A stretch of 64,000 nt of DNA, from the IMG/VR virus record IMGVR_UViG_3300031951_000074, positions 27,615-91,614 of that record, one strand, 5' to 3'. Of this stretch, positions 19,517 to 28,022 are shown in pieces; within the stretch, counting starts at the first letter, position 1; the number at the start of each line of letters is the position of its first letter. The notes beneath the pieces were generated by a model. It was given only the letters and a program-made list of their open reading frames with translations, ran no database searches and had not been told where the DNA came from. The DNA comes from a virus. Taxonomy: Duplodnaviria; Caudoviricetes. Both the position numbers and the translations under genes were made by a program.

Positions 19517-20124
19517 TTTCAGAAGATAAATTAAAGGAATTGATTCCTAAAAACAAATATGTCCCTCAGTGGTCAAAAGCTTTGAATTTAATACTTCCAG
19601 ACTACGAGATTAATAGTACACTGAGAATTGCTGCATTTTTAGCACAGTGTATTCATGAAAGTGGTGGTTTTATTTTCTTAACAGAAAACTTAAACTACAA
19701 GGCTGAAAGTTTAATGAGAGTATGGCCACGTCATTTCCCTACTTTAGAAATTGCAAAAAGCTATGAGCGTAATCCACAAAAGATTGCAAATAAGGCGTAC
19801 GCAAACAGAATGGGTAATGGGGATGAAAACAGTGGCGACGGTTGGCGATACTGCGGACGCGGGTTAATTCAATTGACTGGTAAATCAAACTATCAAGCAT
19901 TTGCAGACTCAATTGAAACACCACTACAAGATATTCCAGAGTATCTTCAGACATTTGAAGGAGCAGTTCAAAGTGCTTGCTGGTTCTGGGAAACAAATAA
20001 CTTGAATGTGTTAGCTGACAAAAAAGATATTTTGGGATTAACTAAAAAGATCAATGGCGGAACTATTGGATTAGATGATAGAATAAAACACTACGAACAT
20101 GCACTCCATGTTTTAGGAGGCTAA
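19513..20124 (+). CDS. Endolysin, glycoside hydrolase family 19
   Basis: 'FLAQCIHESG', 'ENLNY', 'GRGLIQLTG..NY', 'SACWFW', 'INGG..GL.DR' motifs. Confidence 0.92.
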   Translation: MISEDKLKELIPKNKYVPQWSKALNLILPDYEINSTLRIAAFLAQCIHESGGFIFLTENLNYKAESLMRVWPRHFPTLEIAKSYERNPQKIANKAYANRMGNGDENSGDGWRYCGRGLIQLTGKSNYQAFADSIETPLQDIPEYLQTFEGAVQSACWFWETNNLNVLADKKDILGLTKKINGGTIGLDDRIKHYEHALHVLGG

Positions 20125-20126
20125 TA

Positions 20127-20426
20127 ATGTTAAACGACAAAAAATTGTTTTTGGGATTATTGGCACTATTAATAATTCCTATCACGGCATCCTTTATAAT
20201 GTTTGGAAAAGATCATTTTAGATATCAATGTCAGGATCCAAAAAATTGGAGCTCAGAACAGTGTAAGCCGCCTATATGTGATGTTACGCGCTCTTGCCCA
20301 GAACACGTATTTAAAGGTCAAAGAGATCCGCGATTAGGGCCACCACCACCAGTCGTATTTACCGCACAGCCTCCAAGCTGTCCTAGTAGTTGTGTTGCAG
20401 GAGCACAAGATGGAAAACAAAAATAA
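20127..20426 (+). CDS. Membrane-anchored Cys-rich protein
   Basis: N-terminal TM; 'FRYQCQDPKNW...C.PP.C...CPE'. Confidence 0.6.
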   Translation: MLNDKKLFLGLLALLIIPITASFIMFGKDHFRYQCQDPKNWSSEQCKPPICDVTRSCPEHVFKGQRDPRLGPPPPVVFTAQPPSCPSSCVAGAQDGKQK

Positions 20427-20826
20427 TTTTATGTACACAGAAGAACAGCTCATGGCAAGATTAAAGTTTTTTATAGGTGTATGTCTTGCACTAACACTGT
20501 TCGGAATTGTGTTTGTGGTACTGTACAGCATTATATTTGTTGCTCAACCATTGAATGCAATAAGTCCAATAGATCAAAAGTTCTTTGAATTGATTGTTCC
20601 TATCGCAACTTTTTTGACTGGTACATTGAGCGGTATTATGTTGGCTGGCAATAAAAAAGAAGATCAAGAAGCAATGTTGAGTGCTCAAAAACTGGCAAAC
20701 GACAACTTTGCAGAAACAAAAAAGACTATTGCACGAGTTCATGAAGAAAAAAAGGAACCGGCTTTAGGTCTTCCACAACCACAAGTGTTAAAAGCCCCCA
20801 TCCAACCACCACATCCGGAGATTTAA
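20410..20826 (+). CDS. Two-TM membrane protein (holin candidate)
   Basis: AGGAG RBS before ATG 20410; two hydrophobic helices; lies near the endolysin. Confidence 0.55.
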   Translation: MENKNNFMYTEEQLMARLKFFIGVCLALTLFGIVFVVLYSIIFVAQPLNAISPIDQKFFELIVPIATFLTGTLSGIMLAGNKKEDQEAMLSAQKLANDNFAETKKTIARVHEEKKEPALGLPQPQVLKAPIQPPHPEI

Positions 20827-20827
20827 A

Positions 20828-21025
20828 ATGAAAAAAGTTTTTGCACTGTTAGTTTCTTTTAGTTTGTTGATGCCGGTATATGCGGCAGAAACAAAAGAAG
20901 TATGTAAGCCCAAGATGACAAAAGATAACAAAGAGGTTTTGGATAAAAATAAGAAACCTGTTATGGACTGCAAAAAAATAAAAGTTCATAAAAAGCATGA
21001 AGGAACTCCTGTACCTTCAAAATAA
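20828..21025 (+). CDS. Small secreted Lys-rich protein
   Basis: Signal peptide MKKVFALL...VYA; two Cys. Confidence 0.55.
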   Translation: MKKVFALLVSFSLLMPVYAAETKEVCKPKMTKDNKEVLDKNKKPVMDCKKIKVHKKHEGTPVPSK

Positions 21026-21048
21026 TCTTTAACTAACCAAGGAATAGC

Positions 21049-21735
21049 ATGGCAGTATCAAGTGGTAAAAAAGCTAGAAAAGCTCATAACTCGGAAGACT
21101 CTTTTTTTGCAACAGAATTTAAAGAAGTCAAACCACTTAATTATATCCAAGAAACATATTTAGATGCTATAAAACATAACGATATAGTGTTTGGTGTAGG
21201 AAGTGCGGGTACTGGTAAAACCTACATTGCTGCAAATTATGCGGCACATGAACTGTATCACAGAAACATAGAAAAAGTAATATTAACACGCCCAAACATT
21301 GAAACAGGTAAAAGTTTGGGCTTCTTACCGGGTACATTGGAAGAAAAATATCAACCATACTTAGAACCATTTGACTCAATATTTTCTAGATCTCTTGGCA
21401 AAGGATTTTACGAATACTGCTTGAAGAACAAAAGAATTGAGCCACGCCCATTGGGCTTTATGAGAGGAACTACGTTTGAAAATTGTGTTGTTTTAGTCGA
21501 CGAAGCTCAAAATTGCACAAAGACCGAACTAAAAATGTTATTGACAAGAGCAGGTAGAAATTGTAAAATAATAGTTTCAGGAGACACCGACCAGTGTGAT
21601 ATTGAAAACAGTGGCCTGCAGGATGCAGTGAACAGACTGAGTCACATAGAAGGAGTAGAAGTAGTTCGCTTCTTAGACTCTGACATTGTTCGCAGTAGAC
21701 TTTGTAAGAATATAATTATGGCTTATAGGAATTAA
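21049..21735 (+). CDS. phoH: PhoH-family ATPase
   Basis: GSAGTGKT Walker A, 'LGFLPG', 'MRGTTF', 'DEAQN', 'GD..Q.D', 'DIVRS'. Confidence 0.95.
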   Translation: MAVSSGKKARKAHNSEDSFFATEFKEVKPLNYIQETYLDAIKHNDIVFGVGSAGTGKTYIAANYAAHELYHRNIEKVILTRPNIETGKSLGFLPGTLEEKYQPYLEPFDSIFSRSLGKGFYEYCLKNKRIEPRPLGFMRGTTFENCVVLVDEAQNCTKTELKMLLTRAGRNCKIIVSGDTDQCDIENSGLQDAVNRLSHIEGVEVVRFLDSDIVRSRLCKNIIMAYRN

Positions 21736-21736
21736 A

Positions 21737-22507
21737 ATGGAAGAACTAAAAAGTTGCCCTGTTGGTACACTGTACTCAGAGGTAAATCTACAAAATCATA
21801 TTTTTGCCTTAGAACTTGGTGAGTACGGACCAGCAGACCCTCGTCAGCCCAACACAGAGTTTTGGCAAAACAAAATGAAGATCTGGGATGTAAATGAGGG
21901 CACCGCAATAATGAGAGTTTGCACCAGCTGTCATTTTGCAGATAAAACTGCAGAAATGCAAGACTGCATTATTGAGGGACCAGGCGGCGAGTTCAAAGAA
22001 AGCGATCTTCCATTGAACCCTGTTTGGGCAGAGATTGATGGATTACCATACTACTACTGTACCAGATGGAACATGACAATCAATCCATTACGTACATGCA
22101 ATGGTTGGCAACCAGAAGACTGGGAACCAGACGAAGACGAAGACGAGGAACACTCTAAAAACTACGTCGAAAAAGCACTTACTTACAAACCTACAACCGG
22201 AATGGCAAGTGCAGCAAGACGAGCATTAAAGTGGAAAGACGAAGGTCGTCGTGGTGGTACACGAGTAGGATTGGCACGAGCCAATCAGCTTGTACGCCGT
22301 GAAAACCTGAGTGAGAGTACTGTGTTACGCATGTATTCTTTCTTTAGTCGACACGCTGTTGACAAACAAGCAACAGGATTTAGTAGTGGCGAAGAAGGTT
22401 TTCCTAGCCCTGGCCGAGTTGCGTGGGACTTGTGGGGTGGTGACGCTGGCGAGAGTTGGAGCAAAGCCAAGCGTGATCAAATCATGAGAAGACGAGAAAG
22501 CAAGTAA
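21737..22507 (+). CDS. Two-domain hypothetical protein (Cys-rich N-domain; basic C-domain with AWDLWGG)
   Basis: 256 aa; CxxC motif; acidic linker; C-domain 'GGTRVGLARANQL...RM.SFFSRH...VAWDLWGG'. Confidence 0.7.
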   Translation: MEELKSCPVGTLYSEVNLQNHIFALELGEYGPADPRQPNTEFWQNKMKIWDVNEGTAIMRVCTSCHFADKTAEMQDCIIEGPGGEFKESDLPLNPVWAEIDGLPYYYCTRWNMTINPLRTCNGWQPEDWEPDEDEDEEHSKNYVEKALTYKPTTGMASAARRALKWKDEGRRGGTRVGLARANQLVRRENLSESTVLRMYSFFSRHAVDKQATGFSSGEEGFPSPGRVAWDLWGGDAGESWSKAKRDQIMRRRESK

Positions 22508-22509
22508 AT

Positions 22510-22550
22510 AAAAAAGCCCGCTTAGATAATACTAAGCGGGCTTTTTGTTT
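22510..22550. terminator. Bidirectional rho-independent terminator between converging units
   Basis: AAAAAGCCCGCTTAG-loop-CTAAGCGGGCTTTTT. Confidence 0.9.
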
Positions 22551-22759
22551 TAGTCGTCGTGTTCATGAACAAGGTGTTTGTAGTGTTTCATTGTTAACAC
22601 AGCACCCTTCTTTTCTTCTGTTAAACGCACAATCTTTTCCATTAATTCGTGCAAGTCTTCGTCTGTTGCATCTGTTGCGTATTCCATAAGCCGTAGCAGC
22701 AGTGGAATATTTAGTTTAACAACATCTTCTGTATCCTGACGTACAATAAATAGCATCAT
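22550..22759 (-). CDS. Small hypothetical protein (DVVKLNIPLLLRLMEYA)
   Basis: 69 aa; last gene of the minus-strand cassette. Confidence 0.6.
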   Translation of the reverse strand: MMLFIVRQDTEDVVKLNIPLLLRLMEYATDATDEDLHELMEKIVRLTEEKKGAVLTMKHYKHLVHEHDD

Positions 22760-22775
22760 GATCTTGTGCTTTCAA

Positions 22776-23180
22776 TTAAACTGCGTTCCAGTTTGTTCCA
22801 TTAAAAACTAATGTAACACTTCCGTCTGTTGCTGCTAAAATTGTATAGCTTGCTGCATTTTCAATCGTTTCTGCTCCGTTTGGAACAATGGTAATGTCAC
22901 TTGTTTGACCGGCTTCTGATTTGATTACAACTGTTCTGCCATTAGTGCCTGCAGTTAGGTTGATCGTAACACCACCCCCAGCCCCTTGCACGCCCAAATA
23001 ATAATTTGGAGTAGTACCAGCACTGTCCAGTGTATACGGACTGGCTGCATCAGTAACTGTGTAAACATTAACAGTGTCGTTTCCTACAACAGAAATGATA
23101 CCGTTGGTTACACTGATATTTGTTCCAACTTTAACTACACCGTAGCCTGTAGTTGAGGCTAATGGACTATTGAATGCCAT
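22776..23180 (-). CDS. Small beta-domain protein (cassette paralog) with an N-terminal GVVKVG motif
   Basis: AAGGA RBS; shares 'GVVKVG..ISVTNGIIS' with ORF 23505 and its C-domain with ORFs 23198 and 24059. Confidence 0.75.
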   Translation of the reverse strand: MAFNSPLASTTGYGVVKVGTNISVTNGIISVVGNDTVNVYTVTDAASPYTLDSAGTTPNYYLGVQGAGGGVTINLTAGTNGRTVVIKSEAGQTSDITIVPNGAETIENAASYTILAATDGSVTLVFNGTNWNAV

Positions 23181-23197
23181 GATTTTTTCCTTTAGAG

Positions 23198-23503
23198 TTA
23201 TCCTGCTATTGTTTTCCAGTTAATACCGTCATATAATAACAACAGTCGGCCGAACTGGGTGTTTATAATAGCAAATGCTGCACCATCAACGGTCTTGCCA
23301 CCAGGTGCTGTGATTGTAATTGGGTTGACTTTGGAATTGCCCGAAAAATCTTTGACGTAATAACTTCTGCCTTTTTTGTCGCCAGAAACTGCTGGTAGTA
23401 TTATGGACGAACTTGTGGCCACATTACTCAGTATTACTTCGTCATCGGTAGTAATGATATAAGGAGTAGTGGTAATTATTTTGGTATCATAATTTATGGC
23501 CAT
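23198..23503 (-). CDS. Small beta-domain protein (cassette paralog)
   Basis: 'ILPA..G..Y.VKD.SG....NPITI....TVDG...LLYDG.NW' motif. Confidence 0.75.
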   Translation of the reverse strand: MAINYDTKIITTTPYIITTDDEVILSNVATSSSIILPAVSGDKKGRSYYVKDFSGNSKVNPITITAPGGKTVDGAAFAIINTQFGRLLLLYDGINWKTIAG

Positions 23504-23504
23504 T

Positions 23505-24062
23505 TTAGTCTATCCTTGTTACCGTGACTTTGGCAGCATACCCAGTTGGTCGTGTTGGATTAACCTGTGCAGCAATAGGAGAAAAACCGGTTGTTATATC
23601 GGGACTACTCCAGCACATTTGAATATTATCACCAGCTGATAGTGCTAGTGTAAAATTACCACTTAAAAATACAATAGATAACACGTTGGTTAGTTGCAGC
23701 TCTTGAGTACTACCAACCACATCTACACCGTTTTTTCTTAACCAAATACTAAGCGTTGCAGTTCCACCACTGGTTTTTGTAGTAATTAAATCAAATATTT
23801 GAGTGTATGTTCCAGCATTGCTGACAACAATACTATCACCGCCGCCAATGCTAACACCATTTGAAGGACCCAAAGTATCAAAGGTTACTATGTTGACTGC
23901 ATTAGCAACTGGATTGGACTGAGGTGTACTGCTACTAATAAAACCGTAATTGTTAGATCCCGCAGCTCCAGCACTGATTATTCCATTTGTTACACTAATA
24001 CCACTTCCTACTTTTACGACTCCATAGTCTGTGGCACTAGCTATATTCTGATTGTAGCTCAT
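23505..24062 (-). CDS. BclA-C-terminal/C1q-TNF-like domain protein
   Basis: ATG at 24062 overlaps the previous stop; 'VTFDT...SIVVSNAGTY...WLRKNGVDV.GS...L.AGD.I' pattern. Confidence 0.65.
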   Translation of the reverse strand: MSYNQNIASATDYGVVKVGSGISVTNGIISAGAAGSNNYGFISSSTPQSNPVANAVNIVTFDTLGPSNGVSIGGGDSIVVSNAGTYTQIFDLITTKTSGGTATLSIWLRKNGVDVVGSTQELQLTNVLSIVFLSGNFTLALSAGDNIQMCWSSPDITTGFSPIAAQVNPTRPTGYAAKVTVTRID

Positions 24063-24553
24063 ACCACGTTCCATTCTATTCCGTTGTAGATCAAACTAAT
24101 AGATCCCCAGTCTGTATTTAGAGTATAACTTGGTTGAATATCTATTGTTGAGGACGTTGCAGTTATTGTAATAGGATTTGTATTTGCAGCTCCAACACTA
24201 TCTTTTACAATAAACACTTTGCCTAGAGTACCAGCTGGTAAGTTTATTGTAACTGTGCCATCATAAATAACGCCTAAAAAGTATTCGTCAACAGTGGCGT
24301 TGTATGTGGGGTCGTCTATTAAAGTAACAGGAACGTTTGCAAGTGTGCCGGGGGGTCCTTGTGGACCTTCTGGTCCCTGCGGCCCTGGCGGACCCGGTGG
24401 TCCAGGAGGACCAAGCATACCGCCGTTATAATTAATAAAAAGGTCATTATCTTCGAGTAGGGGTGGCGGAGAACATGGAGCTACTGGCGGTACTGGAGGT
24501 ATTACAGGACACCAACCAATAATGGGCAATAAGTGCTGTCTTTGGTTTATCAT
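24059..24553 (-). CDS. Collagen-repeat protein with a C-terminal beta domain
   Basis: AGGAG RBS; Pro/Cys-rich N-terminus; eight consecutive Gly-X-Y triplets ([24 protein letters not shown]). Confidence 0.8.
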   Translation of the reverse strand: MINQRQHLLPIIGWCPVIPPVPPVAPCSPPPLLEDNDLFINYNGGMLGPPGPPGPPGPQGPEGPQGPPGTLANVPVTLIDDPTYNATVDEYFLGVIYDGTVTINLPAGTLGKVFIVKDSVGAANTNPITITATSSTIDIQPSYTLNTDWGSISLIYNGIEWNVV

Positions 24554-24567
24554 AGATAACTCCTAGT

Positions 24568-24600
24568 AAAAGCGCCCCCAGGTCTTTTGAACATGGGGGC
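24568..24600 (-). terminator. Intra-cassette hairpin (terminator/attenuator)
   Basis: On the minus strand GCCCCCA-loop-TGGGGGC followed by GCTTTT. Confidence 0.55.
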
Positions 24601-24617
24601 CAACCGTTAATTAGAGA

Positions 24618-25517
24618 TTATCTAATATTTGTATTTGTGTTTGCTGGATTAGCGGTTTGTGTTCCACTACCAACATTGATTGCTGAGTTAGTGCTCTGAA
24701 TTTGTTGGGCAATACCCCAGAGAGCATTGTAAAGCTGACCGTATTGTTGTTGCTGTTGAGCTTGCTGTTGCATCTGATTGATGTTGTTGGTTGTGTTGAC
24801 CTCAACACCACGAGTACGTTCGGCTGTATCGAAACGTGCCTGTAGAGCAATAACTGCTGCATTAGCATCGCTTAGCTGACGATTTAGTGTGGCCTCATAC
24901 TGTTGAGTAATAAGAGCACGTGTTTTTTCGCCGTCGTTAGAAATGTCTTTGGACAGTTCGTAACGATTTTGCATTACTTGCTGCTGAACACCATTTAACT
25001 GCTGAGAAAGCATCATTGTGCCTTGACTAACATTGTCTTTGACACCTTGAATAGCAATTAGATTTGCGCTAGTAGCTGAGTTAATTGCATTTGTTAGCTG
25101 GCCTGTTTGTGTGGCATTGCTAGTTTCTGTGGTTGCAGTGCCTAGAGCAACAGAACGATTAACATCGCCAATTGCTTGCATGAGGCTCATGTTAGCGTCA
25201 ACTTGCTCAGGCGGACTACGTAGAGTTGCTCCAGCACCACTGCCGTCGTTTCCGAAAAAGTTTCCGTTGTTGCGTAGAAGGCTTCCGAGGATAAGACCTC
25301 CAATTAGTCCGCCTCCGCCACCGCCCCCGAAAAGACCGTCGCCGCCGCCGCCGCCGCCCATAATCATGCTTGGAGTTAATACTTCTGCCATTTCATTTTC
25401 CTTTTCAGTAATTTTATCAGCCAGTTTCTTGTAATAACGCTTAGCTGATTCTTCTAATTTTCTTACATCTGCTGCTATGCTGTCCATAGTAGCAGGTACA
25501 ACTGCTTCTTCTGCCAT
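24618..25517 (-). CDS. Gly-rich, Q/N-rich coiled-coil protein (GEKTRALI motif); alternative in-frame start at 25391
   Basis: AAGGA RBS before ATG 25517 (299 aa) and before ATG 25391 (257 aa); the longer ORF-track start crosses a promoter and terminator. Confidence 0.8.
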   Translation of the reverse strand: MAEEAVVPATMDSIAADVRKLEESAKRYYKKLADKITEKENEMAEVLTPSMIMGGGGGGDGLFGGGGGGGLIGGLILGSLLRNNGNFFGNDGSGAGATLRSPPEQVDANMSLMQAIGDVNRSVALGTATTETSNATQTGQLTNAINSATSANLIAIQGVKDNVSQGTMMLSQQLNGVQQQVMQNRYELSKDISNDGEKTRALITQQYEATLNRQLSDANAAVIALQARFDTAERTRGVEVNTTNNINQMQQQAQQQQQYGQLYNALWGIAQQIQSTNSAINVGSGTQTANPANTNTNIR

Positions 25518-25596
25518 ATTTTCCTTCCTTTGTAAGTTTTGCAGGAAGTTCGTTTCGTTGATTTTTATATTTGTTATTTTACCACCAACTTTTACT

Positions 25597-25625
25597 ATTA
25601 TACTATTTTTGCTGGTAAAAAACAA
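25597..25625 (-). promoter_or_regulatory. Sigma70-type promoter TTGTTT-N17-TATAAT driving the 22.5-25.5 kb cassette
   Basis: 17-nt spacer, A-rich upstream element, just after the nrdJ terminator. Confidence 0.7.
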
Positions 25626-25645
25626 TATGTAATTTTTTATGACAA

Positions 25646-25686
25646 TAAAAAAAAAAAAGCCTGCTAAAAATTTAGCAGGCTTTTTT
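25646..25686 (-). terminator. Rho-independent terminator after nrdJ
   Basis: GCCTGCTAAA/TTTAGCAGGC stem with a long T-run on the minus strand. Confidence 0.85.
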
Positions 25687-25687
25687 G

Positions 25688-27712
25688 TTAACGTATTGGA
25701 CAAGCGCCAGTACTGCAGTCTTGATCTAGCAATTCATCGAAACTATTGCTGGTTTCAATATCTACTGGTAACAACTTACGAACATATTCTTCGTATGACT
25801 CTTTGGTAGTTACTTCTTGAGGCAGGTAAGGATATCCCAAATCTTTAGCAGTCTTGCTTGGATCGTTACGGAACAAGAAACTTACGGCAACATAACTATC
25901 CCAGTTTTGGTATAGCCAGTTTACAATTTCTTCTGTTTCATCCACGCTGTAAGAAATTGTACAGCTTACATTTTGTTGACAGTAGTTGTCCATCAACATC
26001 TTGTAAACTTCTAGCTGCTGAACAGCGGAATCCAAGTTTACTTCTTTGTTATCGACTACATCAAACTCTACTCCGTCATTTTTGACCGGAAATGTAATCA
26101 GTGTAGCACTGTCGTCGTAGGGATGGTTAAAAACATTATAGTTTGCACTACGTAGCTTTTCCACTAGTGGATCGTACTTTGAAAAAGCAACATTGTTGAA
26201 AATGTACTTTCCAAGCGGCTTGTGCATTCCCTCCAGTGAATCATAACACTTTGATTGTGTGCCTTCAGGCTTCAAAGCAGTAATATTCTTTGGATAGGAC
26301 AAGTCCAGTTCTTTAGCCATTTCGTAGGCAGCGGCTGTAACAACACGCTCTAAACGTCGATAGTCATAGGCCTTCATGTCGTTGCGACCGGCTACACCCA
26401 TCAGACTAACACCACACAATCGTAGGTGTTCGTTGTTTAAGTGCCAGCTTTCTTGTAATATACCGTCTCTGAAATCTACAACAGTCTGACGGTAGTTGGC
26501 GCGAGCAATAATTTTTGCTGCACGCAATAGCCCCAAATTGTCGTTTTTGAACTTCAACACATCAATACTGACCAGATTGCAGAAGCCCTTGTTTGGCAAC
26601 AAGATCTCTGCACAAGGATTCATTCCCACTGCCCAAGGTGCACGAGCACGAAGTTGTTGGCCGTTGATTAGTCCAGGCTCACCATTTCCGCCTTTATTGA
26701 TCTTTTCAAACCAAGCAGTCAGCTCTTCGTAGCTGGGCTTTTTCCAGAAAATAATAGAATTATTACTCTGTGCACGGTGGTTATTGCCATTTTCCCAAAT
26801 GTTGTACTTTGCTTCTGCAAAGTCGTAGATCACAGGACTGTGGTCGTCCAACACAGCAATCTGTGCGCTCCGACGAGTGCTCAACACAGTACCCAATAGA
26901 TTTACAATATCTAAGATGTCGATTTCTGATAGTAATGAATCGGCCTTTGCATTTAAGATTTCATAGACCTTTGTATAGGCTTTTGTCAAACCAACATCAC
27001 CCTGACTCAACCAGCCGTAGTTCTTTAAACGAACGCCAGGCTTGCGAATCTGTGAAAAGTCCAACACCAGCTTTTGGGCTGCAAACTTGCCAGCCAACAA
27101 CTTGCCGATACTCTTGGCCCATGCCTCAGCTGAGTCTCCGATTCTAATGGTCCAGGTCTTGGTAGTATTGTCCCAAGTCTCTGTATTAGTTTCGATTCCT
27201 TTATCGGTAGAATTATTACTGCGTACAATCTCCAGTTCTGGAATGTACTTTCGGAATCCTGTTAGTGAACCGCTAACAGGACGGAAGCCTACTCCACAGC
27301 CCTGCAGTAGTAACCAGAATACATCTACTACGTCGTATACAGTTTCCACATTTGTAAAACTGCAATTAAACATGCTGGCTTCACGACGACGAGCAATGTC
27401 TGTTCCACCCAACCACAGAGTACGACCCGCAACCGCTACTTTGCGATCGTGTAGTAGTGCCTTCAACTCTTGCAGTTCCGACTCTTCTTTTTCAGTTAAA
27501 GCTACCCAGTCTTTTGACTCGCGTACAATGTTGTGAAGTGCAACATCTGGGATTAGGTTGTGTGTTTTTGCTCGTTCCCACAAAAACCGTTGATGATTTA
27601 CAACTCGTTCAACAGTTTGAGCCCAAGTCTCAAAAACTGTGCCTTCATCGTTTAATGGACGGTTGTAGGTTCGTCGTGTGATTACTTGTGCTCTTGTACT
27701 AGGATTATTCAT
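25688..27712 (-). CDS. nrdJ: Class II (adenosylcobalamin-dependent) ribonucleotide reductase
   Basis: 674 aa; 'RRTYNR', 'FNCSF', 'GCGVGF', 'RRSAQIA', 'NPCAEI', 'KPEGT', C-terminal 'C..GACPIR'. Confidence 0.92.
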   Translation of the reverse strand: MNNPSTRAQVITRRTYNRPLNDEGTVFETWAQTVERVVNHQRFLWERAKTHNLIPDVALHNIVRESKDWVALTEKEESELQELKALLHDRKVAVAGRTLWLGGTDIARRREASMFNCSFTNVETVYDVVDVFWLLLQGCGVGFRPVSGSLTGFRKYIPELEIVRSNNSTDKGIETNTETWDNTTKTWTIRIGDSAEAWAKSIGKLLAGKFAAQKLVLDFSQIRKPGVRLKNYGWLSQGDVGLTKAYTKVYEILNAKADSLLSEIDILDIVNLLGTVLSTRRSAQIAVLDDHSPVIYDFAEAKYNIWENGNNHRAQSNNSIIFWKKPSYEELTAWFEKINKGGNGEPGLINGQQLRARAPWAVGMNPCAEILLPNKGFCNLVSIDVLKFKNDNLGLLRAAKIIARANYRQTVVDFRDGILQESWHLNNEHLRLCGVSLMGVAGRNDMKAYDYRRLERVVTAAAYEMAKELDLSYPKNITALKPEGTQSKCYDSLEGMHKPLGKYIFNNVAFSKYDPLVEKLRSANYNVFNHPYDDSATLITFPVKNDGVEFDVVDNKEVNLDSAVQQLEVYKMLMDNYCQQNVSCTISYSVDETEEIVNWLYQNWDSYVAVSFLFRNDPSKTAKDLGYPYLPQEVTTKESYEEYVRKLLPVDIETSNSFDELLDQDCSTGACPIR

Positions 27713-28022
27713 TTCTTGGTTTCCACAATTTGCTAAATTTTAATACATTTGGTACGTCTTGTCTTGGACACACCACAATACAGCTTTTGACACCATCCAG
27801 TGTTTTGCTTTCATGTGCTAAATACACCAGTTCTAAAGCTGCGATCTTCTCAAATTCTTTTTTGTTTACTCTTACAACACACTTTTTAAAGGAATTGTTT
27901 AGCCACAGATTATAGTCTAGTATGTCCTTAAAAAGTAAATGCGCACCCAATACTGAGTGCGCAACAAGAGTCGGTGTTATAAAGTCCGGTACGTCTTCTA
28001 ACACCGCTATATACAGCTTCAT
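27705..28022 (-). CDS. Peptidyl-tRNA hydrolase 2-like protein
   Basis: 'KLYIAV...LVAHS...W...FKKCVVRV' resembles Pth2-fold phage proteins. Confidence 0.55.
   Translation of the reverse strand: MKLYIAVLEDVPDFITPTLVAHSVLGAHLLFKDILDYNLWLNNSFKKCVVRVNKKEFEKIAALELVYLAHESKTLDGVKSCIVVCPRQDVPNVLKFSKLWKPRNE

Noticed and set aside
25518-25703. N-terminal extension of the 361-aa ORF 24618-25703
   Set aside because: It runs through the nrdJ terminator, a poly-T run and a promoter; RBS-supported starts are at 25517 and 25391
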